Source of the DNA: an uncultured cyanobacterium
GTDB taxonomy: Bacteria; Cyanobacteriota; Cyanobacteriia; Phormidesmidales; Phormidesmidaceae
Direction: 5' to 3'
Length of the DNA stretch: 64,000 nt
Assembly: GCA_963793265.1 (NCBI GenBank)
Contig: CAWBZI010000002.1
Coordinates: 809,743 to 873,742 of the forward strand
Below, piece after piece: positions 40,871 through 50,089 of this stretch. Made by a program: the position numbers and the translations under genes. The notes below the pieces were generated by a model. The model was not told the DNA's origin, searched no databases, and saw only the letters and a list, made by a program, of their open reading frames with translations. How positions within the stretch are numbered: position 1 is the first letter of the stretch; every line of letters starts with the position of its first letter.

Positions 40871-42490
40871 GTGACCGTACGTTCGCAGCAGGTGGAGAAG
40901 GGAAATTGGATGGGGCGCGATCGCCAGATAGCAGGTGTGATTGAAACTGCGCTCATTGTCACGTTCATCGTTTTAGGCATTGTCGGCATTTTGCACCATG
41001 AGCTGTGGCGCGACGAAACCCAGGCATGGCTGCTCGCACGCGACAGTTCTTCACCGCTCAATTTGTTGCGCAACTCAAAGTACGAAGGCCATCCGCTGCT
41101 GTGGCACTACTGCCTGTATGGGCTCAGCCGTATTAGCCATAGCCTGGTCATGATGCAGGGATTTAACCTGCTGCTAGCGGTGGGATCGGTGGTGCTAATC
41201 GTAAAGAGATCACCCTTTACGCTCCTGCAAAAAGGGCTGATAGTATTCGGCTATTTCACCCTGTACGAATATTCCATGCTTGCCCGCAGCTATGGGCTGA
41301 GTATGTTTTTGGTCTTTCTGTTTTGCGCGCTCTACTGTCAGCGGCGACCTCTCTTTTGGGGGCTAACGGTGGCGCTGGCACTGCTGGCAAATACGAGTAT
41401 CTTAGGCTTAAGCATGAGTTTAGCGCTGGCGATCGCCCTCTACTACCGCCTCACCTTATCACCTGAACGCAAGGCGCTTGGAGCCCATTTGTTTGTCGTG
41501 ATGGCTGCGTGGCTGGCCTCAGCCTTTCAGATTGGGCGATCGCTCCTACAGCCAATGGGCATAGAAGGCTTTGACGCCGATGCTAGAGCCGCCGCGGCTG
41601 GCCTGCCTACTGCGCAAGGGGCCGTACAGCACACCGCCGAATCTACGCTGATTGCAGGCAAGCTCGAAAACCTCGACAAGGTTCTACAAATTTTCCTCAA
41701 AGGCTTTTTACCCCTGCCCACCTTCAACTTTCACTTTTGGAACGAGCACCCGCTAGAGAACACGATGCTGCGAACCAGCGCTGGCCTATGGCTACTGCTG
41801 CTGAGCGCGCTATTAGTGGGCCTACTACTTCTCATCGTCTTTCAACTACTGCAAAAAACGCCGCTTTTTCTCTCTATTTATGGGCTGGGTAGCTTGGCTA
41901 TGCTCGGCCTGTTTATATTCGTACATCGGGGCACTACTCGCCACCACGGCCACCTGTTCATTCTGCTACTGGCCTGCCTGTGGCTTGCCCAGTGGTCGCG
42001 CCGCCACTTCGCCACAGAACGCACCAAAATATTCTCTCTCCTATTCACCGGGCTCCTTTTCGTCCAGGCATTCTCAGGCATCTATGCCTACACCGCCGAC
42101 ATTCTCTATCCATTTTCAGCCAGCTACCAAACCGCCCAAATCATCAAAACCAGCGACCTCAACGATCTGCCCATCATTGGCATCAATCAGCGTCCTGTTT
42201 CTCCTCTATCAGCCTACTTAGATCGTCCTATCTATTACCCTGAGGCCCGGCAGTTTGGCAGCTTTTGGGACATCTCGTATCCTGAATATAAAGAAGAGAG
42301 TTTGGTCGTGGAGGCAATTGAAGACTTTGCTGAAGACCATTCGAGCTTTTTGGCGGTGCTGACGGCTCCGGTGGATGTGGAGGATTTTGGTGCGATCACC
42401 CGCGCCAGCTACCTTACCTATGTGGGGCCGAGCATTGTCGAAGACGAAGCTTTCTACCTCTATCGAATAGATTCGATTAAGGCAGAATAA
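40871..42490 (+). CDS. Polytopic membrane protein, GT-C-like
   Basis: HELWRDETQ acidic motif after TM1, YEGHPLLW, ARSYGL and many TMs. The start is uncertain (GTG 40871 or ATG 40910). Confidence 0.65.
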   Translation: MTVRSQQVEKGNWMGRDRQIAGVIETALIVTFIVLGIVGILHHELWRDETQAWLLARDSSSPLNLLRNSKYEGHPLLWHYCLYGLSRISHSLVMMQGFNLLLAVGSVVLIVKRSPFTLLQKGLIVFGYFTLYEYSMLARSYGLSMFLVFLFCALYCQRRPLFWGLTVALALLANTSILGLSMSLALAIALYYRLTLSPERKALGAHLFVVMAAWLASAFQIGRSLLQPMGIEGFDADARAAAAGLPTAQGAVQHTAESTLIAGKLENLDKVLQIFLKGFLPLPTFNFHFWNEHPLENTMLRTSAGLWLLLLSALLVGLLLLIVFQLLQKTPLFLSIYGLGSLAMLGLFIFVHRGTTRHHGHLFILLLACLWLAQWSRRHFATERTKIFSLLFTGLLFVQAFSGIYAYTADILYPFSASYQTAQIIKTSDLNDLPIIGINQRPVSPLSAYLDRPIYYPEARQFGSFWDISYPEYKEESLVVEAIEDFAEDHSSFLAVLTAPVDVEDFGAITRASYLTYVGPSIVEDEAFYLYRIDSIKAE

Positions 42491-42499
42491 TCTTCTAAT

Positions 42500-43249
42500 T
42501 TATAGAGACTGAGCCCAGGTAAAGTCCTCAGTAGAAAGCGGTGGCTGAGGTTGGGTAGTATAGTCAATCCCAATATCTATGCCCGTTTCCTGACAGACGG
42601 TGTTGAGAGCACGGTGAAGATCGATAGTGGGTTCGGCGTCGCCTTTTGCTAGGGGCAGCGAAAATTGCGGCATGGTTTCACGGAGGTTGAAGGCATATCT
42701 TTCGGCGGTGGGGCGATCGCCTGCACGGCTTACAATAATCTGATAGTCGGCCTGCTGTCCGCCCTCAACGGGCATGGGTTTGCCTTTGCGAAGTAAGTCA
42801 ATCTCGATAAAGTGAGTAGCGCTGCTTAAAACCGCCTGCCGTTTTTCAAGATACTTCTTACGACCTTCACCGCCGCGTTTGTTTGCAGGTGACAAGACCT
42901 CAATGACGGTGAGTACGCGCTTAGTGGCGACTTCTCTTATTTCCAGGTAGCGTTCGCTCACTTCCCAGGGCATTGGGAGGATAACTCGCTCTGGCTTTGT
43001 GGTGACGGCTACGGATGTTTGAGTTTTGTTTGGAGTGCGATCGCCTTGGGCATACACAGAAGCATCTGGAATGCCAACAGGCGTCGAGTCTATATATACT
43101 CTCGTTTCTACAGCAGCTCTATACTTCGGAAGAATCTGCGGATTAAGTGACCTGGCTAGCTCCACCATGAGCCAGGTATGAATCTCTGGCCATCGATAAG
43201 GACTTTCAAGATAAGGATTCATGCCTGGAAAAGGAGGAACGGTACTCAT
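42500..43249 (-). CDS. DUF4058 family protein (PD-(D/E)XK-like)
   Basis: Motifs PFPGMNPYLE, IPD, TVIEVLSPANK and EIDLLR. Confidence 0.88.
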   Translation of the reverse strand: MSTVPPFPGMNPYLESPYRWPEIHTWLMVELARSLNPQILPKYRAAVETRVYIDSTPVGIPDASVYAQGDRTPNKTQTSVAVTTKPERVILPMPWEVSERYLEIREVATKRVLTVIEVLSPANKRGGEGRKKYLEKRQAVLSSATHFIEIDLLRKGKPMPVEGGQQADYQIIVSRAGDRPTAERYAFNLRETMPQFSLPLAKGDAEPTIDLHRALNTVCQETGIDIGIDYTTQPQPPLSTEDFTWAQSL

Positions 43250-43923
43250 AATCCTAGAATCTCCTTGGCTGATATCTCCCATTTCGGGAAAGCCATCGAC
43301 GCTACCGGATCTTCGCCTCGCAGCCGAGTGACTTCATATTCTCCCTCTATTAGCTTACACACCGTCAGGGTCGGCTGCTTTGGCTTACCAATATGACGAA
43401 ACCCACCCAGCCCCGCATAGTCTACAATCCAATACTCAGCGATCCCTACCGCTTCGTAGGCGGCTAGCTTCACCTCATAGTCGTCCTGCCAGTTGCCAGA
43501 AACCACTTCAACTACTAGCTTTACAGATGTTCCCTGCTCTACCGTAGAAGCCTTCTGCCATAAAGGTTCTTTCGCTAGCGCTTCTCTATCTAGCACTATC
43601 ACATCTGGTTCATAGCCAGTGTCATCCTCCAGCTTGACGATGCATTCGCGGGGAATGAAATAGGGATAATTAGCACGCCGAATCTCTATCGCAAACTCAT
43701 CATGAATGAATCCAGCCAGCTCGGAATGTTTTCCTTTGGGTTTTGGCACCTGATAAATAACTCCATGACGTAGCTCGTAGCGGTACTCCGAATCGTCAGG
43801 ATACCAGTCGATGAACTGCTCAAAACTCACTGGCTTTGGCAGCGGTGCTATGGGCACTACCTTTTGTTCTATTGGCCGTTCAAATGCAGCAGTCATAAAA
43901 ACCTGTCGCGCCGACTCATTCAC
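43246..43923 (-). CDS. Uma2-family putative endonuclease
   Basis: Motifs RYELRHG, YEPDVIV, LVVEVVS and GIAEYWIVD. Confidence 0.9.
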   Translation of the reverse strand: MNESARQVFMTAAFERPIEQKVVPIAPLPKPVSFEQFIDWYPDDSEYRYELRHGVIYQVPKPKGKHSELAGFIHDEFAIEIRRANYPYFIPRECIVKLEDDTGYEPDVIVLDREALAKEPLWQKASTVEQGTSVKLVVEVVSGNWQDDYEVKLAAYEAVGIAEYWIVDYAGLGGFRHIGKPKQPTLTVCKLIEGEYEVTRLRGEDPVASMAFPKWEISAKEILGL

Positions 43924-44065
43924 ATTAGCATCGGTATGCCCTAGCGCGATCTTATACGGCGTGTGTGAAGAAGAGCCTTACTTGCTGGCGATGTAGCGTC
44001 CTAACTTATAGACGCTATAAAGCTGTAGTGCGTTATTGCGGACATAGAGTCATTTCTATGAACAC

Positions 44066-44998
44066 GTGAAAGAAATGTCTTTATGCCTGTTTTCCACTAT
44101 TCTCTCTTCTTTTATGTCTGATTTTATGTCGGTATTGCAACCTTATCTAAAAGAGACTGAGTGCGTTGAGCTAAACGAACAAGGGCTGCCCTCTCAGTCT
44201 ATTTTGAGCTATTCGGCGGGGATGAGAGCGAATATTGAGTTTTTAGAGAATCCTGAGTGGCGACAGTATTATTTTGAATCACATCATCGGGCTGAGGTGT
44301 TTCGAGATCGGTGGATGGCGGTGACGGGGAGCTGGGATGGCAAGGTGGTGGTAGACATAGGCTGCGGGCCGGGGAACGTGTATGCGACGATGGGGGGCGA
44401 GCCGGGGGTGATAATCGGCGTGGATATTTCACCGGGGGCGTTGCAGATGGCGACTGGGGTAGGCTATGTGCCTTTGCTGGCGGACGCGCATAATTTGCCG
44501 CTGGTGAGTGGGTTTGCAGATGTGGTGGTGATGAATGCGACGCTGCACCATTGTGATGATATGGCGAGGGTGCTAGCAGAGGGTGCGCGGCTGGTGAAGC
44601 CTGGAGGCGTGCTGTTGACGGATCAAGATCCGCAGCGGTCGGCGTGGGAATTTAAGGGGATGGGGCTATGGATAAGGCAGGTTCGCTTTCCGCTGTATTG
44701 GCTGATGCGGAGCCCGCACTATTTGCCTGGTGTACATCGAACGGCGCGATATAGAACAGAAATTCATAATCAAAAGGCAGGGGATGGGCTGAGCCGAGAG
44801 ATTTATGAACAGGTTTTAGAGAGAATGGGGTTTGAGTGGGCGCTGTATCCGCATAATCATGATTTGGGGCGTGAGGTGCTGGCGGGAGCGTATGGCAGAG
44901 GATCGTGGCGCTACCGGCTGAGTCAACGGCTGTCGGGGATTGATGAGCGATCGGCGGCGGCGGCGCAGTCGTTTATGTGTGTGGCACGGGTTCGATAG
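44066..44998 (+). CDS. Class I SAM-dependent methyltransferase
   Basis: Motifs VVDIGCGPG, GVDIS, ADAHNLP, LHH and KPGG. The start is uncertain. Confidence 0.85.
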   Translation: MKEMSLCLFSTILSSFMSDFMSVLQPYLKETECVELNEQGLPSQSILSYSAGMRANIEFLENPEWRQYYFESHHRAEVFRDRWMAVTGSWDGKVVVDIGCGPGNVYATMGGEPGVIIGVDISPGALQMATGVGYVPLLADAHNLPLVSGFADVVVMNATLHHCDDMARVLAEGARLVKPGGVLLTDQDPQRSAWEFKGMGLWIRQVRFPLYWLMRSPHYLPGVHRTARYRTEIHNQKAGDGLSREIYEQVLERMGFEWALYPHNHDLGREVLAGAYGRGSWRYRLSQRLSGIDERSAAAAQSFMCVARVR

Positions 44999-45031
44999 AA
45001 TGTAGCTGTTCACTACGCAGGTTTTTAAGCG

Positions 45032-45931
45032 ATGTCTGAGACTGACCTGAGTTTATCGGTGAGGCAACCTGAGGCAGAGGTAAGCGTGCTGGATCGCAGT
45101 GCACTGCCTACAATGTTTGATTTGCCGAGCGAGTATCCTGAGGAACCGGGTTTGCCAGATGAGTTTCATGATATTCAGCCGCAGCTCCTAAGCCGCACAC
45201 TAAGGTTGACTGACTACAGCCGCCAGAACTACTTTACGGCTTCTGATCTCAACATCTATTACGACGTTGAGCATCCGCAGTGGCACAAGCGGTCGGATTG
45301 GTTTTTGGCGGTGGGGGTGCCTCGGATGTATGAGGGGCATATGTTGCGTAGCAGCTATGTTACATGGCAGGAGGAGGCTGCGCCCTATGTGGTGGTGGAG
45401 TTTTTGTCGGCAGGGACAACTCGTGATGATTTGGGGCGCTTTTATGAGCCTGGCGGCTTGAAAAAAGCTGACTTGGGCAGGGACAAGCCGCCGGGGAAGC
45501 TGACGGTGTATGAACAGTATTTACGGGTGCCGCACTATATTGTGTATAGCCATCACAGCCAGCGGCTGCGGTATTTTCGGCTGGTGGACGGTTGCTATGA
45601 GGAGCAGAGGCTAGAGACAGGCAACTGTCGAATTTGGCTGGCAGATTTGAAGATTGGGCTGGGGCTGTGGGAAGGCGAGTTTGAAGAGGCTTATGGGCAT
45701 TGGCTGCGGTGGTGCGATCGGGAAGGTGAATGGTATTTGACGGATACTGAGCGGGCGCAGCGGGCTGAGGAGCAGGAGAGGCTGGCTAAGGAACAGGAAA
45801 GGCTGGCTAAGGAACAGGCGCAGGTTCAGCTTTTGGCGGCGGCTCAAAATCTGTTGGCGACTGGGATGGATTTGGCGGCAGTGGTGGAACTGCTGGGGTT
45901 GTCGGCGGAGCAGCGGCAGCAGTTGGAGTAG
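45032..45931 (+). CDS. Uma2-family putative endonuclease with EQERLAK repeat tail
   Basis: LPTMFDLPSE, DLNIYY, VVVEFLS, WLRW; 21-bp repeats near 45770-45830. Confidence 0.88.
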   Translation: MSETDLSLSVRQPEAEVSVLDRSALPTMFDLPSEYPEEPGLPDEFHDIQPQLLSRTLRLTDYSRQNYFTASDLNIYYDVEHPQWHKRSDWFLAVGVPRMYEGHMLRSSYVTWQEEAAPYVVVEFLSAGTTRDDLGRFYEPGGLKKADLGRDKPPGKLTVYEQYLRVPHYIVYSHHSQRLRYFRLVDGCYEEQRLETGNCRIWLADLKIGLGLWEGEFEEAYGHWLRWCDREGEWYLTDTERAQRAEEQERLAKEQERLAKEQAQVQLLAAAQNLLATGMDLAAVVELLGLSAEQRQQLE

Positions 45932-46004
45932 GGGGGATGAGTAGCGGGTGCTGGAGGGCGATCGCACGGCTCCAAAGTACGATCTCGCTTCGTCGTCTTT
46001 GTGC

Positions 46005-47553
46005 TTACTTTTGTGCCAACCAGCTCTCTAAGTCGTCAATAGATGAAAAGTTGAGCAGGGCGATCGCTAAAGACTCAATCTTCTCCGGGCTAAGTGCCTC
46101 AACAGCGCCACTCAGGGGCTCTGGCAACGTGCCAAATTTTCCGACTAGCAAGCGCTGAAGGAGTACTCTTCCGCCTTCTTTCAGGCCACGCTCAAATCCA
46201 ATTCGCTCAACGCTAGTTATATAGGGCACTCTTCGCGTCTCCTCGTAAGTTTTTAGCTCTGTCCAAAATGAACGGTCTAGACCTTTTGGCAACACCATTA
46301 TCCAGTCTATAAACCGGAAAAGGTTTACGATGTCTGCTCTATTATATCCTTGCTCGTAAAGCCGCCGAATCAGCCTGAGCTTCCATTCTTTGCGGCTTTG
46401 CTTGTCTTTTTTGGTTTCTTGGGCTTTGAGATGCGTCATCACCACAACAGCAAACGGGTTGTCGCTGGCTTCTAACGCTGACCAGCGATCACGATAGTCT
46501 AGCAGCTTCACCATGCCGAAGCGGAAGGACAATGATGTGTCAGGGTAGTCGAAACCGTAGTGCTCGGGTCGCCAGCTTGCGTTGGCATCGCACAATATGG
46601 CCAGGCTGGTGGCTGGGCGACGAAAGATGTCGAAGATGCGCAGGTTATATAAGAACATTCGCTCGGGAAATTTTGTTTCGCGAGCGGCTTGAACTTCAAC
46701 GTGGACTAGAAGCCATAGTTCTTTACCTTGTTTGCGCTGCACCTTTACGAGCTGGTCGGCGAAGCGTCTGCCGGTTTCGGTATCGGGTGCAATTTGCTGG
46801 AATTGTAACTACTCAGGCTTAAATCTTTAAGTTGATTATAAGCGCTACGAAGGCAGAGCCGATAAGGTGTTAAGCGTCTTCATCAGTCAGACTTGAGTTG
46901 AGCAAGCGAGCGTCAAAAATCAATATCAGTGAAGCAGAGGTCAGAGCAGTCTACCGCCAAGGCGAGGCCGCGGTTGTCGAGCTAGTGAGCGCACTGGTGG
47001 AGCGGCTAGCAGATGTAGAGGCGCGGTTAGAGAAGCTAGAGAATAACCAGAAGAAGACTAGTCGCAACAGCAGCAAGCCACCGTCAGGCGATGGCTTTGG
47101 CAAACGGACGAAGAGTCTGAGAAAAAAGAGTGAGCGTTCCAGCGGTGGGCAAAAAGGTCATCCGGGCAGCACGCTCGAATGGTGCGAACAGGTCGATGCG
47201 GTGGTCACTCATGAGGTAAACGAATGTTTTGAGTGCGGCACATCACTATCCTCGGTGAGCGCGGTAGAGCACAACCGGCGTCAGGTTCATGAGTTGCCCC
47301 GGTTGCGTTTGCAGGTTATCGAACACCAGGTGGAAGTAAAGTGCTGTCCGGCCTGTGCGGCGGTGAGCCGAGGCGCGTTCCCAGCTGATGTCACCGTTCG
47401 GGTGCAGTATGGCAGTGGCTTGCGAGGGCAATTCGGGGGGTTTGCGCCAGTCGATGAGGTGGCGGTGTGGGGGAAGAAGAAGGATATTGCTTCTTTGAAG
47501 TAGGTGCGGAGGATGAGCTTCCAGGGGCCATCTTGCGGGTCGTAAGCAGCCAT
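46005..47553 (-). pseudogene. Rpn/YhgA-like nuclease with DUF4351-like tail, interrupted by an IS66 fragment
   Basis: The 5' part (47430-47553) and 3' part (46005-46804) are both nearly identical to the intact paralog 48488-49471. Confidence 0.88.
46805..47429 (+). mobile_element. Truncated IS66-family element (ISBst12-like left end and transposase N-terminus)
   Basis: Begins GTAACTACTCAG. ORF from 46898 has SRNSSKPPSGD, GGQKGHPG, CxxCG, RQVHELP and CPAC, and ends abruptly after VQYG. Confidence 0.85.
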
Positions 47554-47674
47554 CGTAGTCCTGGGGAGTGCGGCGGATAAGCAAGTGTACTATTAAACGG
47601 CTATGGCTTCGGGAAGCTTGAGGGCGCAGCGCTATGCTGGGTGACCTGGCAAACTGTGCTGGACAAATGCTTGC

Positions 47675-47893
47675 TCAGCAACTCGTGAGATTCATCTGCG
47701 CGAGAAAAGTGTGTCTATCAATGTGAAGCCGAATGATTTTAGGACGATTGGCTTCTTCAAAATGACATTGCACAGCGTCTAATATCATGGGTCTAAGCTC
47801 ATTCAAGGTATCTGCCTGAGTGAAAATGATTCACCAAGCCCTTGCGGTATAACCTTCTTCAGGATCTATCAACTAAAAATACCACTCACTCAT
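47675..47893 (-). pseudogene. HicB-like antitoxin remnant
   Basis: Frameshifted pieces read DPEEGYTARA / ESxFTQADTLNELRPMILDAVQCHFEEANRPKIIRLHI. Confidence 0.6.
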
Positions 47894-47981
47894 ATTAGTC
47901 ACCTTGATTTAGGCATTTCTTCTACTCTGACCAACCGTCTAAATCATTAAAATTGTAGAACAGGTTTGTCGCGGTTGAGTG

Positions 47982-48055
47982 TCGGCTTTGCTGGTGTTTG
48001 TTTCTTGGGCTTTGAGGGTCATCACCACGACGGCGAAGGGGTTGTCGCTGGCTTC
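47982..48055 (-). pseudogene. Degenerate internal fragment of a third Rpn copy
   Basis: GGGTCATCACCACGACGGCGAAGGGGTTGTCGCTGGCTTC matches the intact Rpn near 48964-49003. Confidence 0.7.
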
Positions 48056-48262
48056 ATAAGCAACCATTGTAGGGCTGGGGAGTACAGTCATGATTCGGAG
48101 TGTACTATTGAAGTAACTTATCCTGCGCTAATTGATTATGAAGGCTAATGGGATAGCAAATCTTGCGAGGGCCTGAACATTTGTTAATTTGCAGACCTTG
48201 CTGCCGTTTAGGATATTTGTGACGACGTGTTTTTGGATTACACCTGTTTTCCATTAAGTAGG

Positions 48263-48472
48263 CTAGTACGTCTGCCCCTTCATTGGAATGAAGAGGGTGT
48301 TTTCGTAGGCTTGGATGACGATGCCTAGCGTGTCTAGCAATGAATAGAGTGGGTGCGCTTCGTTGGTGCCTACTTCGTCTAGCAGATCGTTTAGCCGGAT
48401 GACGGCCTGGTCGTATTCGGTTTCGTTGCGGATAGTGAGGATGGGAGCCGCGTTTGGATATCTAGTGAGCAT
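48263..48472 (-). pseudogene. HigA-like antitoxin N-terminal fragment
   Basis: IRNETEYDQAV.RLN.LLDEVG.NEAHPL.SLLDTLG..I.AYE, with no C-terminal HTH. Confidence 0.65.
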
Positions 48473-48487
48473 CGGTAATCCCCTGAG

Positions 48488-49471
48488 TTATCTAGCGTCT
48501 TTTTGTTGCGCTAGCCAGGTTTCTAAGTCTTCAATCGATGAAAAGTTGAGGAGGGCGATCGCCAACGATTCTATGGCCTCCAGGCTAAGTGCTTCGACTG
48601 CGGTACTCAAATGCTCGGGCAATTCGCCGAACTTTCCAACTAGCTGACGCTGAAGCAGCGATCTACCTTCTGCTTGGCGACCTTCTTGTCGGCCTTCTTG
48701 TCGGCCTTCCTGCAAACCTCGCTCAAATCCGATGCGCTCAACGCTGGTGATGTAGGGCACTTTTCGCGTCTCCTCGTAAGTTTTTAGCTCTGTCCAAAAT
48801 GAACGCTCTAGATGCTTGGGTAGCACCATTACCCAGTCTATGAACCGGAATAGGTTTACGATGTCTGCCCGATTATATCCCTTTTCGTAGAGTCGCCGAA
48901 TGAGCGTGAGCTTCCATTCTTTGCGGCTTTGCTTGTCTTGTTTGGTTTCCTGGGCTTTGAGGTGGGTCATCACCACGACGGCGAAGGGGTTGTCGCTGGC
49001 TTCTAGTGCTGACCAGCGATTTTTGTAATCTAGCAGCTTCACCATACCGAAGCGAAAGGACAGTGACGTGTCAGGATAGTCGAAGCCATAGTGCTCGGGT
49101 CGCCAGCTTGCGTTGGTGTCGCACAGTATGGCCAGGCTTGTAGCTGGACGGCGGAAGATGTCGAAGATGCGCAGGTTGTATAGAAACATTCGCTCGGGAA
49201 ATTTTGTTTCGCGAGCGGCTTGAACTTCGACGTGGACTAGAAGCCATAGTTCTTTGCCTTGTTTGCGCTGCACCTTTACGAGCTGGTCGGCGAAGCGTCT
49301 GCCGGTTTCGGTGTCGGGTGCGATTTGTTGAAATTCTTTGTCTAGAAATTCGGGGGGTTTGCGCCAGTCGATGAGGTTGGCGGTGTGGGGGAAGAAGAAG
49401 GATATTGCTTCTTTGAAGTAGGTGCGGAGGATGAGCTTCCAGGGGCCATCTTGCGGGTCGTAAGCAACCAT
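48488..49471 (-). CDS. Rpn/YhgA-like PD-(D/E)XK nuclease with DUF4351-like C-terminus
   Basis: DGPWK, FLDKEFQQI, ADQLVKV, HVEVQ, FPERMF, SDNPFA, PYITSVERIG, EGRQ repeats and LLNFSSIEDLETWL. Confidence 0.9.
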   Translation of the reverse strand: MVAYDPQDGPWKLILRTYFKEAISFFFPHTANLIDWRKPPEFLDKEFQQIAPDTETGRRFADQLVKVQRKQGKELWLLVHVEVQAARETKFPERMFLYNLRIFDIFRRPATSLAILCDTNASWRPEHYGFDYPDTSLSFRFGMVKLLDYKNRWSALEASDNPFAVVVMTHLKAQETKQDKQSRKEWKLTLIRRLYEKGYNRADIVNLFRFIDWVMVLPKHLERSFWTELKTYEETRKVPYITSVERIGFERGLQEGRQEGRQEGRQAEGRSLLQRQLVGKFGELPEHLSTAVEALSLEAIESLAIALLNFSSIEDLETWLAQQKDAR

Positions 49472-49549
49472 TGTAGTCCTGGGGATTGCGGCATAATTCA
49501 AGCTGTACTAGTTAAACGGATATGGCTCTGGGAAGCGTTGGAGGCGGCG

Positions 49550-49861
49550 CTATACCTGTTTGCGTAGCAGGCTGATGACTTCTCCTGGTGTGGGAGGGAG
49601 CACTAGCGGGTCAGCGAGGGTGATTGCTCGGCTCCAAAGCAAGGTATCGGCGTAGCGTAGGGTGTGTAGCAGGTGGATGGTTTGGCGGACGGCTTCGGGG
49701 TGGCCTAGCAGGATGTGGCGGACGTACAGTTTGCCGTGGTCGGGGGCTGACGGTTCTATTTGAAAGGGGTCGGGCGCTGTGGGCGGGGTTGTGTGGCGAA
49801 ATGAAAGGCGATCGCGAGACGGGGCAGAGAGCAGATTGGCAGGCGTGAGGGTCGTTTTCAT
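49550..49861 (-). CDS. Uncharacterised small protein, paralog of 18037-18387
   Basis: ATG 49861 gives 103 aa containing RHILLGHPEAVRQTIHLLHTLRYADTLLWS...GEVISLLRK. Confidence 0.75.
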   Translation of the reverse strand: MKTTLTPANLLSAPSRDRLSFRHTTPPTAPDPFQIEPSAPDHGKLYVRHILLGHPEAVRQTIHLLHTLRYADTLLWSRAITLADPLVLPPTPGEVISLLRKQV

Positions 49862-49908
49862 GGCTTCTTCTGAGGGGTTCGGGGTGTCCGTGTAGCGAGG
49901 AAGCCCAG

Positions 49909-50046
49909 AAAAAATTAGCCACCCCAACTTGCCAAGAGTTAGGGTGGCTATGCAATGATATGCATAACCTCCTATCTGCCTGTAACAGACTGGGGGCGAG
50001 TTGTCGGTATTGGCTGCGAACCAATGCCGACAACGGCTAATTTTTT
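49909..50046 (-). ncRNA. Structured leader / putative sense-antisense attenuator element, copy B
   Basis: Four hairpins framed by AAAAAATTAGCC...GGCTAATTTTTT, homologous to 17862-18006. Confidence 0.6.
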
Positions 50047-50089
50047 CGAGGCGGGTTGGCAACTACGCCTGTGCGTAGCCCTAAGCATC

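Noticed and set aside
49862..50062. Extension of the cassette B ORF through the leader (170 aa call)
   Set aside because: Crosses a terminator-like hairpin, and no equivalent open frame is listed for copy A.
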